From: Polyangiales bacterium
GTDB lineage: Bacteria; Myxococcota_A; Polyangia; Polyangiales; Houyiibacteriaceae
Direction of reading: 5' to 3'
Assembly (NCBI GenBank): GCA_965227405.1
Contig: OZ245758.1
Coordinates: forward strand, 2,804,338 to 2,868,337
Length of the DNA: 64,000 nucleotides
This document shows, piece by piece, positions 18,087-27,688 of the stretch. The position numbers and the translations under genes are program-made. How positions within the stretch are numbered: position 1 is the first letter of the stretch; every line of letters begins with the position of its first letter. The notes beneath the pieces are model-generated. The model did no database searches, was not told the origin of the DNA, and saw nothing but the letters and a program-made list of their open reading frames with translations.

Positions 18087-20234
18087 TCAGACTCGCTCCA
18101 CGTCCGTCACGCCTTCGATCTTGGCGATCGTGCGCATGACGCCGCGTAGATGGGTCAGTTCGCCCACCGTAAACTGAAAGAGATTGACCGCCTTGCCGTC
18201 GTCGCCGGTGCGGCAGGTGGCCTCGCTGATGTTCAGCCCGTGCTCGGTAAACGCGGTGGACACCTTCGCCAGAATGCCTGGCAGATTTTGGGTCACAACG
18301 CGAAGTGAAACTGGCAGCTCGACGTTGGTATTCGACGCCCAGCCCACTTCCACACGGCGCTGCGGGTCCAACTCCATCGAACGCGGGCAGCCGCGCCGGT
18401 GAATGGTCACGCCACGACCACGCGTGATCCAGCCGACAACCGGATCGCCGGGCACCGGATTGCAACACTTCGCGAAGCGCACGAGGATGTCGTCCATCCC
18501 GTCGATCCGAATCGCATCGTCGTCGCGACGGGTAACTCGACGCACCGTCTTTTCGATGAAGCTCGGTGCGAGGCTCTTGCGGGTTTCGGCTTTGCTGGGA
18601 TCGACAGCCTCGACCACTTTCTCGACCGAGATCTTTCCGTAGCCGACCTGTGCGAAGAGCTCGTCTTCGTGGTTGAGCCCAAACACGCCGAGTGTGCGTT
18701 TGAGTTCCTTCTTGCTCTTGAGCCAACGCGAGTAGCTGATGTCCTTCTTGTGCAGCGCCTTCTCGACGAGGTCGCGGCCCAAACGAACACTGCGTGCGCG
18801 TTCCTTGACGCGGACATGTGCGCGAATGCGGGACCGCGCCCGACCACTCACCACAAAGTCGAGCCAGTCCTTGTTGGGCTCCTGATTGCGGTTGGTCAGG
18901 ATCTCGACGACGTCGCCGTTACGCAGCTTGTGCCGTAGCGGAACCATCACGCCATTGACCCGCGAACCGCTGCAGTGATGTCCGACCTCGGAGTGAATCG
19001 AGTACGCAAAGTCGACCGGGGTCGCTCCGCGCGGGAACGTTTTGACCTCGCCCTTGGGCGTGAAGACGTAGACCTCGTCGGTGAAGAGGTCGACTTTGAC
19101 CGACTCCAGAAACTCGGCGGGATCGGACACGTCGCGCTGAAACTCCATCAGCTGACGCAGCCACGCGAAACGCTCGGCATCACGACGATCGAGCCCACCC
19201 TGGCCTTGCTTGTATTGCCAGTGCGCAGCAATGCCGAGTTCCGCAGTTCGGTGCATTTCGCGCGTCCGAATCTGTACTTCAATACGTCGGCTTGCCGGTC
19301 CAATCACCGTCGTGTGCAGCGACTGGTACATGTTCGGCTTGGGCAGCGCGATGTAGTCCTTGAAGCGGCCCGGAACCGGGGTCCATTCGCTGTGAATGAC
19401 GCCCAGTGCCGCGTAGCAGTCGGCAACCGTTTCCATCATCACGCGAAACGCGACCAGGTCGTGCACCTGCTCAAACTCGATGCCTTGCCGCTTCATCTTT
19501 CGGTAGATCGAATACGAGTGCTTGCGGCGTCCGCTGACCTGCATCGCGAAGCCTCGGGCGATGAGCATCTTCTTGAGGTGCTTGCAGACATCCTTGATGT
19601 AGCGGTCGGTGTCTTTGGTCGTCGCTTCGATCTGGCGATCGAGATCCGCAGCGGACTCGGGATGTAGATACCGGAAGCTGTGGTTCTCGAGCTCCGCCTT
19701 GAGCCACTGAATGCCGAGGCGACCCGCGAGCGGTGCGTAGATCTCCATCGTCTCGGCCGCGATGCGCTCTTGGCTGTCGATCTTCATGTGCTCGAGCGTG
19801 CGCATGTTGTCGAGACGGTCGGCGAGCTTCACCAACAACACGCGGATGTCGCGCGCCATGGCGACGAGCATCTTGCGAAACGACTCCGCTTGGCGGTCTT
19901 CCTTGGATTGGAAGTTCACCTTTCCGAGTTTGGTCACCCCATCGACGAGGAACGCGACCTCGGGTCCGAACTGTTGCTCGATGTCTTTTTCGGTGACGTC
20001 GGTGTCTTCCACCACGTCGTGAAGAAGCGCCGCACAGACACTCGCCGTGTCCAAGCGCATCTCCGCGATGATTCCCGAAACCGAGGCCGGATGGATGAAG
20101 TAGGGGTCCCCCGATTTGCGGGACTGACCTTCGTGCATGCGCTTGCTGTAGCGGTAGGCCTTCTCGATCAGCTCCAGGTCCGCTTGAGCGTTGTATGTCC
20201 GAACTCGTTCCAGCAGGTCGGTCAGCGCTAGCAC
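18087..20234 (-). CDS. relA: Bifunctional (p)ppGpp synthetase/hydrolase (RelA/SpoT homologue, long RSH)
   Basis: HD ('HEGQSRKSGDPYFIHP...HDVVEDT'), synthetase ('RKHSYSIYRKM...DLVAFRV...YQSLHTTV'), TGS and ACT-like C-terminus. GTG start at 20232-20234 gives an N-terminus aligned with SpoT 'M.LF.SL'. The alternative ATG at 20327 would collide with the divergent gene. Confidence 0.9.
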   Translation of the reverse strand: MLALTDLLERVRTYNAQADLELIEKAYRYSKRMHEGQSRKSGDPYFIHPASVSGIIAEMRLDTASVCAALLHDVVEDTDVTEKDIEQQFGPEVAFLVDGVTKLGKVNFQSKEDRQAESFRKMLVAMARDIRVLLVKLADRLDNMRTLEHMKIDSQERIAAETMEIYAPLAGRLGIQWLKAELENHSFRYLHPESAADLDRQIEATTKDTDRYIKDVCKHLKKMLIARGFAMQVSGRRKHSYSIYRKMKRQGIEFEQVHDLVAFRVMMETVADCYAALGVIHSEWTPVPGRFKDYIALPKPNMYQSLHTTVIGPASRRIEVQIRTREMHRTAELGIAAHWQYKQGQGGLDRRDAERFAWLRQLMEFQRDVSDPAEFLESVKVDLFTDEVYVFTPKGEVKTFPRGATPVDFAYSIHSEVGHHCSGSRVNGVMVPLRHKLRNGDVVEILTNRNQEPNKDWLDFVVSGRARSRIRAHVRVKERARSVRLGRDLVEKALHKKDISYSRWLKSKKELKRTLGVFGLNHEDELFAQVGYGKISVEKVVEAVDPSKAETRKSLAPSFIEKTVRRVTRRDDDAIRIDGMDDILVRFAKCCNPVPGDPVVGWITRGRGVTIHRRGCPRSMELDPQRRVEVGWASNTNVELPVSLRVVTQNLPGILAKVSTAFTEHGLNISEATCRTGDDGKAVNLFQFTVGELTHLRGVMRTIAKIEGVTDVERV

Positions 20235-20325
20235 TACCCAAGAACGTACGGCCGCAAGCCCGGATCCACAACAGATCGTACTTCCCGCTTTGTCAGAATC
20301 CCCTAGCCCCGATAGCTTAGGCGGC

Positions 20326-20712
20326 ATGGGCGCACGCCTCTGGCAGATGATTCGCGAGCACAGGCGGCGAGTCGCTATGCTCGTCGCCGTGGTGGGTGTG
20401 CTGGTCGTCGGCGGACGCATTTTCGAGGCGGTTCCGCGCGAGGTCTCCGTCGAGTACTCGGTGCCCGAAGCCGAGGTCGACGAGGTCGCCGTCGCGTACT
20501 TCTTGGACGGTGACGAGGTCAGCGGGGTTCGCTTTGAGAGCACGCGCGATCTGCGCCACACGCTGGACCTCTCCCCAGGACGATATCGGGTCGAGGCGGT
20601 CGTCCGCGCCAACGATGAACAACGAGTTGTGAGGCGCGCTTTGCGAGTGCCCGCCGACGGGGTTGTGCACATCGACCTTGGAGACGACCGACTGGAGCCG
20701 CACAACCCATGA
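20326..20712 (+). CDS. Small membrane-anchored protein, first gene of the FHA-EBP/STPK operon
   Basis: '[18 protein letters not shown]' TM. ATGA overlap with the downstream activator. The start may be an internal Met (20347). Confidence 0.45.
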   Translation: MGARLWQMIREHRRRVAMLVAVVGVLVVGGRIFEAVPREVSVEYSVPEAEVDEVAVAYFLDGDEVSGVRFESTRDLRHTLDLSPGRYRVEAVVRANDEQRVVRRALRVPADGVVHIDLGDDRLEPHNP

Positions 20713-22076
20713 CCGCCGGTGGGGTTCGGACCGTTGCGGCGGGCGCACAGCACGTCGTCGAGATGCCGCGCTTGGCCCTGGTGGTTCTCACCGGTGATGG
20801 ACGTGGTCGTGAGCACGTCATGGACAGCGACCTCTTTCGCATCGGAAAGAGCCGCGACAACGATTTGGTGCTGAGCGACCAAACCGTCTCGCGTGAACAC
20901 TGCGAGATCGTTCGTGAGGCGCGTGGGTACCTCTTGCGCGATCTGGGGTCGACCAACGGCACGCTGCTCGATGGGGCGGAGATCCGCGAAGTGTTCCTGC
21001 GTCCGGGGTCGATCCTGACGGTGGGAAAGATCGAACTGAAGGTGCGCACGTTTGCCGAGCGCATCGAAGTGCTTCCCAGCGAGAAGGATTTCTTTGGCGA
21101 TGTCGTGGGGCACAGCCAAGCGATGCGACAAATCTTTGGGTTGCTCGAACGTTTGGCGCCGAGCGATGCCACTGTGCTGCTCGGCGGCGAAACCGGAACC
21201 GGCAAGGACGTGCTGGCGCGTTCGATCCACGGTGCAAGCCCGCGCAAGGATCGGCCGATGATCGTGGTCGATTGTGGTGCCGTGGTCGGAACGCTGATCG
21301 AGAGCGAGCTCTTTGGTCACGAGAAGGGTGCGTTCACTGGTGCGTCCGCGCATCGCCAAGGCGCGTTCGAACTCGCCGACGGTGGAACACTCTTCCTCGA
21401 CGAGATCGGCGAACTGCCTTTGGACCTCCAGCCCAAGTTGTTGCGCGTGCTGGAGCAGCGTTCGTTCCGACGAGTCGGTGGCAACAAAGAAATCCGCGTC
21501 GACATCCGTGTGGTCGCGGCGTCGAAACGAAACCTCAAGATGGAGGTCGAGCGCGGCAAGTTTCGCGAGGACCTCTACTTCCGGTTGGCTGTGGTTCCAG
21601 TGGAGCTACCCCCGCTTCGTGAACGGCTCGACGACTTGCCGCTCTTGGTGGAGCGCTTGCTCGAAGACCTGAGCAAAGAGCAGCCCGATGATCCGGCGCT
21701 GACGATCGCGAAGTCCGCGTTGGATGCGTTGGGGGGTCACGACTGGCCCGGCAACATTCGCGAGCTTCGCAACGTGTTGGCGCGTGCGGCCTACTTGGCG
21801 CGCGGAGCCGGTGAGCACGAGATCCGATTGGGTCATGTGCCGGTGGGAATGAGCGGTGCGCCGCCCGACGCCATCATGCCGGCGTTCGACCCGGACATGA
21901 GTTACCGCGACACAAAATCCAAATTTGAAGTCGCGTTTGAGCGTCAGTACGTAGCGTGGTTGCTCGACCGCCACGACGGGAACATCTCGGCAGCCGCGCG
22001 TGCCGCAGATATGGACCGGAAATATCTGCACAAGCTGGCGAAGAAACACGGGGTTCACCCGTCAGATAAGAAGTAG
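20709..22076 (+). CDS. Sigma-54-dependent transcriptional activator with N-terminal FHA domain
   Basis: FHA ('[25 protein letters not shown]...LGSTNGTLL'), AAA+ sigma-54 interaction domain ('[15 protein letters not shown]', '[15 protein letters not shown]', '[11 protein letters not shown]'), C-terminal HTH. Confidence 0.9.
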   Translation: MTAGGVRTVAAGAQHVVEMPRLALVVLTGDGRGREHVMDSDLFRIGKSRDNDLVLSDQTVSREHCEIVREARGYLLRDLGSTNGTLLDGAEIREVFLRPGSILTVGKIELKVRTFAERIEVLPSEKDFFGDVVGHSQAMRQIFGLLERLAPSDATVLLGGETGTGKDVLARSIHGASPRKDRPMIVVDCGAVVGTLIESELFGHEKGAFTGASAHRQGAFELADGGTLFLDEIGELPLDLQPKLLRVLEQRSFRRVGGNKEIRVDIRVVAASKRNLKMEVERGKFREDLYFRLAVVPVELPPLRERLDDLPLLVERLLEDLSKEQPDDPALTIAKSALDALGGHDWPGNIRELRNVLARAAYLARGAGEHEIRLGHVPVGMSGAPPDAIMPAFDPDMSYRDTKSKFEVAFERQYVAWLLDRHDGNISAAARAADMDRKYLHKLAKKHGVHPSDKK

Positions 22077-24170
22077 ATGGCACAGCGCAAACCGCTGCAG
22101 GGCATCGTGATTGCCGACAAATACCGGATCACGGAGCGCATTGGTGAAGGTGGTTTCGGTGAGGTGTGGGCGGCCAAGCACATCGCGCGAGATGAACTTG
22201 TGGCCATCAAAATCCTGCACGACCACACGGTGCGTGACGAGACCGCGGTGCGCCGTTTTCTGCGTGAGGCACGTGCGTCGTCCGAAATCGATCATCCTGG
22301 TGTCGTGCAGATCTTCGATAGCGGAGTGCACGAGGGCCGTCCCTTCTTGGTGATGGAACTCCTGGTTGGCGAAACGCTGCGTCGTGTGTTCGACGATCCG
22401 CGCGCGACTCAGGATCAGAAGCTGATGATGCTCGAGCAGATTCTCGAGCCGCTTGCCGCCGCACACGCCAAAGGGTTCGTGCATCGTGATCTCAAACCCG
22501 CGAACGTCTTGGTGACGAAGAACGGGGTGAAGATCCTTGACTTTGGTTTGGCGAGTTGCGCCAACGAGCACGGGCTCACCATGACCGGCACGACGCTCGG
22601 CACGCCCTACTACACCAGCCCCGAAGCTGCGCGTTCGGCCAAGGATGCGAAAGCCTCCGCCGATGTGTGGGCGGTGGGCTGCATGATTTACGAAATCTGG
22701 GTTGGTGAGCGGCCGTTCCCTGGAAAGACCGCAGCCGACGTTCTCATCAAGATCTGCACCGAGGATCTAGCGAAATTGCCGCAGAGCGTGCCAAAGCCCT
22801 GGGCTTCGCTAGTCTCTTGGTGTCTGGACAAGGATCCGGCAGAGCGGCCGGCAGACGCGGGACACCTCGGTGTCGCGTGGCGGAAAGTGCGAAACGGACA
22901 GATGCCTAAAGACTCCGACAACCTTGGATTTGCTTCGACCGAGATGCACGAAGCAGTGGACAGCAACTCGGGACCCACGCCGCTTTCGACAGCGCAGTTG
23001 GGTCAGATGGGCGGACAAGATCCGAGCGCATCGGGCGCGCGGCCTTCCGCTTCAGGTCCAGGTGTTCCGCCGAGTGGTCAGCAGCCTGGTGTGCCTCCGA
23101 GCGGTCAGCATCCGCAGCATCCAGGTGTTCCGCCGAGCGGTCAGCATCCCGGTGTGGGCGCTGTGCCTTCTCAGATGATGTACGCGGGACCGCCCAAGAA
23201 GAGCAAAGCCGGCATCATTGTGATTCTCGGTTTGGCTGCCGCGGCCAGTGCAGCGTTGGTGTTCTTCGTGTTGAGCGGCATGTCGCAGCCCGAGCCTGAC
23301 CCAGTTGCACAGGTCGACACGGCTCCGACCACGGACGAAGCCGCCGTCGAGGAAGAGGATCTCGCGCCCGACGAAGGACAGGTTCGCATTCTCTCGTCGC
23401 TTGCTGACGCCAACCTGTTCATCGACGCACAACCCAAAGGCAGCTTGGAAGCCGACATGGTGTTCGTGCTGACGCCAGGCACGCACCAGATCGAAGCGCG
23501 TCGCGGGGATCGTATTTTGGCGTCGACACCCGTGGAGATCGACCTTGGTGAAGTGACTCAGGTGACGCTGGGTGGTGCTGAGCCGGTTCAGATCGTGCGC
23601 CACTCGATGCGCGCGCGTCGCATTCGCACAACGTCCATGCTTCCTGCGCCCACGCCCACGCCGGAACCGACCATGGATGTGGTGGTCGCGCGCAACGATC
23701 CGCCTCCCTCGCAGCCGGTCCAGAACACCGAGCCGCCTCCGCCGACTCCTGCTCCGTCGCCGACGCCGACACCCACGACCATGACCGGTCCACAACCCGG
23801 CGTGTATCCGACTGCACAACCGAGGCCACAGCCGCAGCAGCCACAGAACGCGTATCCGACTGCACCCGTCATGCAGCCTGTTGCCCCTGCGCCGATGGCA
23901 CCGTCCAACGTGGCGAGCATGCAGCCCACTCGAGCCCAACTTCAGGCTCGTTTGCGCGGGCTTCGCGAAGATGTGCGGCGCTGCACAGGCAGCTGGACCG
24001 GTGAGTTGGATACCGCGGTGACGTTCGCTCCGGACGGCCGAGTCAGCGCGCGTGTGGGTCGTGGCCCCTCGGGAACGCAGCGGCGTTGTGTCCAGCAGCT
24101 CCTCAATCAGCGGGCTGGGCTCAGGTATCCTGGGTCGCGACAAGCGATTCGGTTTACCTTCAGGCTCTGA
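22077..24170 (+). CDS. Ser/Thr protein kinase with Pro/Gln-rich repeat linker, TM and C-terminal domain
   Basis: 'GEGGFGEVW', 'VAIKIL', 'HRDLKPANVLV', 'DFGLA', 'GTPYYTSPE'. Tandem (PSGQxPGV) repeats. ATG immediately follows the activator's TAG. Confidence 0.85.
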   Translation: MAQRKPLQGIVIADKYRITERIGEGGFGEVWAAKHIARDELVAIKILHDHTVRDETAVRRFLREARASSEIDHPGVVQIFDSGVHEGRPFLVMELLVGETLRRVFDDPRATQDQKLMMLEQILEPLAAAHAKGFVHRDLKPANVLVTKNGVKILDFGLASCANEHGLTMTGTTLGTPYYTSPEAARSAKDAKASADVWAVGCMIYEIWVGERPFPGKTAADVLIKICTEDLAKLPQSVPKPWASLVSWCLDKDPAERPADAGHLGVAWRKVRNGQMPKDSDNLGFASTEMHEAVDSNSGPTPLSTAQLGQMGGQDPSASGARPSASGPGVPPSGQQPGVPPSGQHPQHPGVPPSGQHPGVGAVPSQMMYAGPPKKSKAGIIVILGLAAAASAALVFFVLSGMSQPEPDPVAQVDTAPTTDEAAVEEEDLAPDEGQVRILSSLADANLFIDAQPKGSLEADMVFVLTPGTHQIEARRGDRILASTPVEIDLGEVTQVTLGGAEPVQIVRHSMRARRIRTTSMLPAPTPTPEPTMDVVVARNDPPPSQPVQNTEPPPPTPAPSPTPTPTTMTGPQPGVYPTAQPRPQPQQPQNAYPTAPVMQPVAPAPMAPSNVASMQPTRAQLQARLRGLREDVRRCTGSWTGELDTAVTFAPDGRVSARVGRGPSGTQRRCVQQLLNQRAGLRYPGSRQAIRFTFRL

Positions 24171-24547
24171 TGTCCCGTGTCTTGGTTGTCGACGACGATC
24201 CCACCATATTGAGGATGGTCGAGCTCACGCTCGTCGACGCCAAACACGAAGTGGTTGTTTCGGACACGCCCATGGGTGTGAGCGCAATGGTTCGGCGCTT
24301 CAAACCGCACGTGTTGGTGCTGGACGTGATGATGCCGGGCCTGACCGGTGAAAGCCTTGCCAAGCTGATTGCGCGGATCGCCGATCGAACACCCGTGGTG
24401 TTCTTTAGTGCCACACCCGATGACGAACTTCTGGATCTAACGCGAAGAGTCCCCAACAGCACCTTTGTGCGAAAGGGCGACTCGCTGAAAGAACTCGTCG
24501 CGACAGTGGAGAAGATGGCGAAGCTCTACGCGTCTCAAACGCCGTAA
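24170..24547 (+). CDS. Single-domain CheY-like response regulator
   Basis: 'RVLVVDDDPTIL...VLVLDVMMPGLTG...K'. TGATG stop/start overlap with the upstream kinase. Confidence 0.8.
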   Translation: MSRVLVVDDDPTILRMVELTLVDAKHEVVVSDTPMGVSAMVRRFKPHVLVLDVMMPGLTGESLAKLIARIADRTPVVFFSATPDDELLDLTRRVPNSTFVRKGDSLKELVATVEKMAKLYASQTP

Positions 24548-24550
24548 GCG

Positions 24551-26269
24551 TTACCCCTCGCGTTCGAGCTGCGCGAACAAGTCCCGCAACTCACGCTTCA
24601 CACGCAACTGATCCGCCAACGCACTGGCCATGGTCATCAACTGCTTCTCGCACTCTTGGGCTTCCGCGCCGCCTTTGACCAAGAGCTGTTCGCTTGACTG
24701 CTTCTCGAGGAGGTACTTCCCCTCCAGTCGTTCGAGGTTTCCACGCAGCGCTTTGACCTGAAACTCCAGGTCCTGAACTTCGTCTTCTTTGGCCTTGACC
24801 CACTTGCGCGCTTTGTCGGCGGCACCGGTCGAAAGCGACCAGCGATCCATGGCGTCGGCCACTTCGCGCAGCGCTTTAGCGTAGCTCTCGTCCGGACGCT
24901 CCATCTGCTTGTAGCCGCCCAGCTCCATCAACTTCTGGTGTGCCTGCGTGTATGCGTTGCGACCCTGTGCCTCAGCATCGAAGTAGGGCGACACCTCGGC
25001 GGTTGCTGCGCGTGCGGCTTCGCGCGCTTGTGAGAGATCCTCGGCCAAACTCTGTACTGCAAAACCTAAGCGCGCACGGTTGTCGCGCGCCTGCGTTTCC
25101 AGTTCTTCGAGCTTGCGCTGTTCCTTCAGACCTTCGGATCGGATCTCTTGAACGCGTCGCAGCGTTCCTCGAAGCCCTTCGACCAAGCGCATCAAATCCG
25201 GAGGTGCACCCGTAGGGAACGCGCGCGCGACCATCTGATCAAAGATCGCAATCCGTCCCGCCCACTTTTCCAACGTGGTTGGCGGCAGTGTCGGCGCCAC
25301 GATCGGGCGACTGGGCGTAGCGGAAATCGGCGACACGGCTGGGCCGCCTTTGGGAACCAAGGCCTGCAGTTCCTTGATGACTTGGTGCGCGTCCACGGGC
25401 CGCCCGTCGGGCGTCTTGGCCATCATGCGCAGAATCAGTTCTTCAAGACGACGCGGGCACTGCGGCACAATTTCCGACGGCTTGGGCGGCGGCTCCTGCA
25501 TGTGCTTGATGAAGAAACCGGTGATCTCTTCGGCCTGAAAGGGCAGCCGACCGGTCAACATCTCAAACAGAATGATGCCCAGTGCGTAAAGGTCGGCGGC
25601 AGGTCCGGCATCGATACTCGTGATGCGCTCGGGAGCCATGTACTGCGGCGTGCCAAAGATCTCGCCCGCGTTCGTCAGCCGCGAGTCGTGCATCGAACGC
25701 GCGATACCAAAGTCGAGCAGCTTGACGATCTCGCGACCCGGACCGCCGTTGCAGATAAAGATGTTCTCGGGCTTCAGGTCGCGGTGAATGACATCAAAGT
25801 CATGCGCGCGTGCGAGACCTTTCGACATCTGCAGTCCCAGCGAAGCCACGCGTCCCGGGTCCATGGGGCCCATGCCGATCAGATGCGAGAGCGGTGCACC
25901 ATCGAGAAGTTCCATGACCATGAAGGGCGAGCCATCTTCGGTTTCGCCGTAGTCGTAGATCTCGATGATGTTGGGATGCGCCAGTGCTGCGGCGTTCTTC
26001 GCCTCACGTCGAAAGCGTTCGCGCAGCGACTTATCGCGCGCCATCTGCTGCGACATGATCTTTACCGCAACGGGTCGATCGACCAACGTGTGACGTGCGC
26101 GGTACACAACCGCCATGCCGCCCACGCCGATCGGACTCTCGACGAGATAACGACCCGCCAAGGTCTTGCCGATGTTGGGATCGGCCATTGGCTCGAGCGC
26201 AGCATTGTCGACGAAACAGCGGTCCTGATCGTCTTGGTACTGCAGGCCGCAGGTGGGACAGACCTTCAT
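24551..26269 (-). CDS. Ser/Thr protein kinase with N-terminal zinc-ribbon and C-terminal coiled-coil
   Basis: 'CPTCGLQY..C', 'GVGGMAVVY', 'VAVKIM', 'HRDLKPENIFI', 'DFGIA', 'GTPQYMAPE'. Long Glu/Arg/Leu coiled-coil tail. Confidence 0.85.
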   Translation of the reverse strand: MKVCPTCGLQYQDDQDRCFVDNAALEPMADPNIGKTLAGRYLVESPIGVGGMAVVYRARHTLVDRPVAVKIMSQQMARDKSLRERFRREAKNAAALAHPNIIEIYDYGETEDGSPFMVMELLDGAPLSHLIGMGPMDPGRVASLGLQMSKGLARAHDFDVIHRDLKPENIFICNGGPGREIVKLLDFGIARSMHDSRLTNAGEIFGTPQYMAPERITSIDAGPAADLYALGIILFEMLTGRLPFQAEEITGFFIKHMQEPPPKPSEIVPQCPRRLEELILRMMAKTPDGRPVDAHQVIKELQALVPKGGPAVSPISATPSRPIVAPTLPPTTLEKWAGRIAIFDQMVARAFPTGAPPDLMRLVEGLRGTLRRVQEIRSEGLKEQRKLEELETQARDNRARLGFAVQSLAEDLSQAREAARAATAEVSPYFDAEAQGRNAYTQAHQKLMELGGYKQMERPDESYAKALREVADAMDRWSLSTGAADKARKWVKAKEDEVQDLEFQVKALRGNLERLEGKYLLEKQSSEQLLVKGGAEAQECEKQLMTMASALADQLRVKRELRDLFAQLEREG

Positions 26270-26407
26270 GACGCGAGGTCGCCGAACATAGCATGAGCCG
26301 TGGTTAATAGACCTAACATCACCCTCGATCCTTAGCCCGCGCTGGCGCTACCATGCGCGCATGTTCGGACTCCCCCAACCAGCGCGCATTCGTGCACGGG
26401 GTGAGCT

Positions 26408-27688
26408 GTGACCGACCTGCTGGGTCGCTATGAACTCGTGGAGAAGCTCGCCACCGGGGGCATGGCGGACATCTTCCTCGCGCGCCAATGGGGGGACGGC
26501 GGCTTTGTTCGTGCGGCTGTCATCAAGCGGCTCCATTCGCACCTTGCCGAGCGTCCGGCGGTGCTCGATGACTTTCGCAACGAAGCGCAGTTGCTGGCGA
26601 TTCTGGAACACGACGCCATTCCGGTGATCTTCGACTTCCGCCACGAAGACGACACCTGGTTCTTGGCGATGCAGCACGTCAAAGGTCCGACGTGGGGTCA
26701 GGTCATTCGCGCGGAGAGGGACATCGGGCGCGTGATGCCGTGGACGATGGCCGTCACGATCGCGATGCAGCTTTGCGACGTGCTTGGCTACGTTCACGAC
26801 AAACGCGACGACGTCACCGGACAGTCGTTGGGAATTGTGCACGCCGACCTGAGCCCTGAGAACGTGATCGTGCGACACGACGGTGGCGTGAAGCTGCTCG
26901 ATTTTGGAATTGCGGGAAGTGCAGAGCACCGCGAGCGCCAAAGAGATCGAGATAAAGGGATTCGCGGAACGCTGGGGTACATCTCGCCCGAGCAAGTGGA
27001 CCATCGTCATCTTCCGGATGCGCGTTCGGATCTTTTTGTGCTTGGCGTGTTGCTCTTCGAGGCGACCACCGGAACGCGTTTGTATCCCGGCGATGGGCTC
27101 AACTTTATGAACGCGGTGCTCGATCGCGATCCCCCGCGGCCGTCCTCGCGTGTTGACGACTACCCCAAGGAGCTTGAGGAAGTCCTGATGAACGTGCTGC
27201 AGCGCGAGGCCGATGCTCGGCCACGAAACGCCCTGCAGTTCAAGGCGATGCTCCACGAGCTGGTGGGCGATCGAACGCACGGTTTGGCGAGCTACACCGA
27301 GTCGCTCTTTCCGAGCACCCAAGAGAAAACCCTCGCGATCAGCGCGCGACCCGAAGCGATTCAGGCGACTTCGATTCCGCCGGTGGAGCTTGCACCCGAT
27401 TCCGGAAACAACGAGTTGACGGCCGAGGAGCACGAAGAGGTGCTGCAGGATCTGCACGACCTCTTCTCACCCGACAGCGTGGAAATCGATGCACCTCGCG
27501 ACACGGCTCCTCCCGGTGCGTTGTCGGGAGACGGCGCAGAGTTGCTCGACTTGTATCAAGAACTCGACGGTGACTTGATTACCGACCCTTCGATCGACCC
27601 GCCACCGCCGCCGACGACCAAGATTCAGAGCAAGAAACCCAAGAGCGACGACGGCTTCTACATCTACACGGCTGACGACGAAAAGTAG
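26408..27688 (+). CDS. STPK-like protein with degenerate catalytic loop (probable pseudokinase)
   Basis: 'ATGGMADIF', 'AVIKRL', catalytic loop 'HADLSPENVIV' (HRD Arg and catalytic Lys both lost), 'DFGIA', 'GTLGYISPE'. Acidic C-terminal tail. Confidence 0.8.
   Translation: MTDLLGRYELVEKLATGGMADIFLARQWGDGGFVRAAVIKRLHSHLAERPAVLDDFRNEAQLLAILEHDAIPVIFDFRHEDDTWFLAMQHVKGPTWGQVIRAERDIGRVMPWTMAVTIAMQLCDVLGYVHDKRDDVTGQSLGIVHADLSPENVIVRHDGGVKLLDFGIAGSAEHRERQRDRDKGIRGTLGYISPEQVDHRHLPDARSDLFVLGVLLFEATTGTRLYPGDGLNFMNAVLDRDPPRPSSRVDDYPKELEEVLMNVLQREADARPRNALQFKAMLHELVGDRTHGLASYTESLFPSTQEKTLAISARPEAIQATSIPPVELAPDSGNNELTAEEHEEVLQDLHDLFSPDSVEIDAPRDTAPPGALSGDGAELLDLYQELDGDLITDPSIDPPPPPTTKIQSKKPKSDDGFYIYTADDEK

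Noticed and set aside
20328-21359. About 360-aa N-terminal extension of the relA/spoT ORF (1090-aa frame)
   Set aside because: Ser/Thr/Arg-rich junk with no homology. The RSH N-terminus aligns from about 'VLALTDLLERV'. The extension would overlap the divergent membrane-protein/FHA-activator operon.
26270-26407. Sigma-54 (-24/-12) promoter 'TGGCGC-taccaTGCG' in the divergent kinase intergenic region (and 'TGGCGC..CTCC' at 7390)
   Set aside because: GG/GC spacing is off by one, or the -12 element is wrong. No confident match to TGGCAC-N5-TTGC was found by eye despite two sigma-54 activators in the window.
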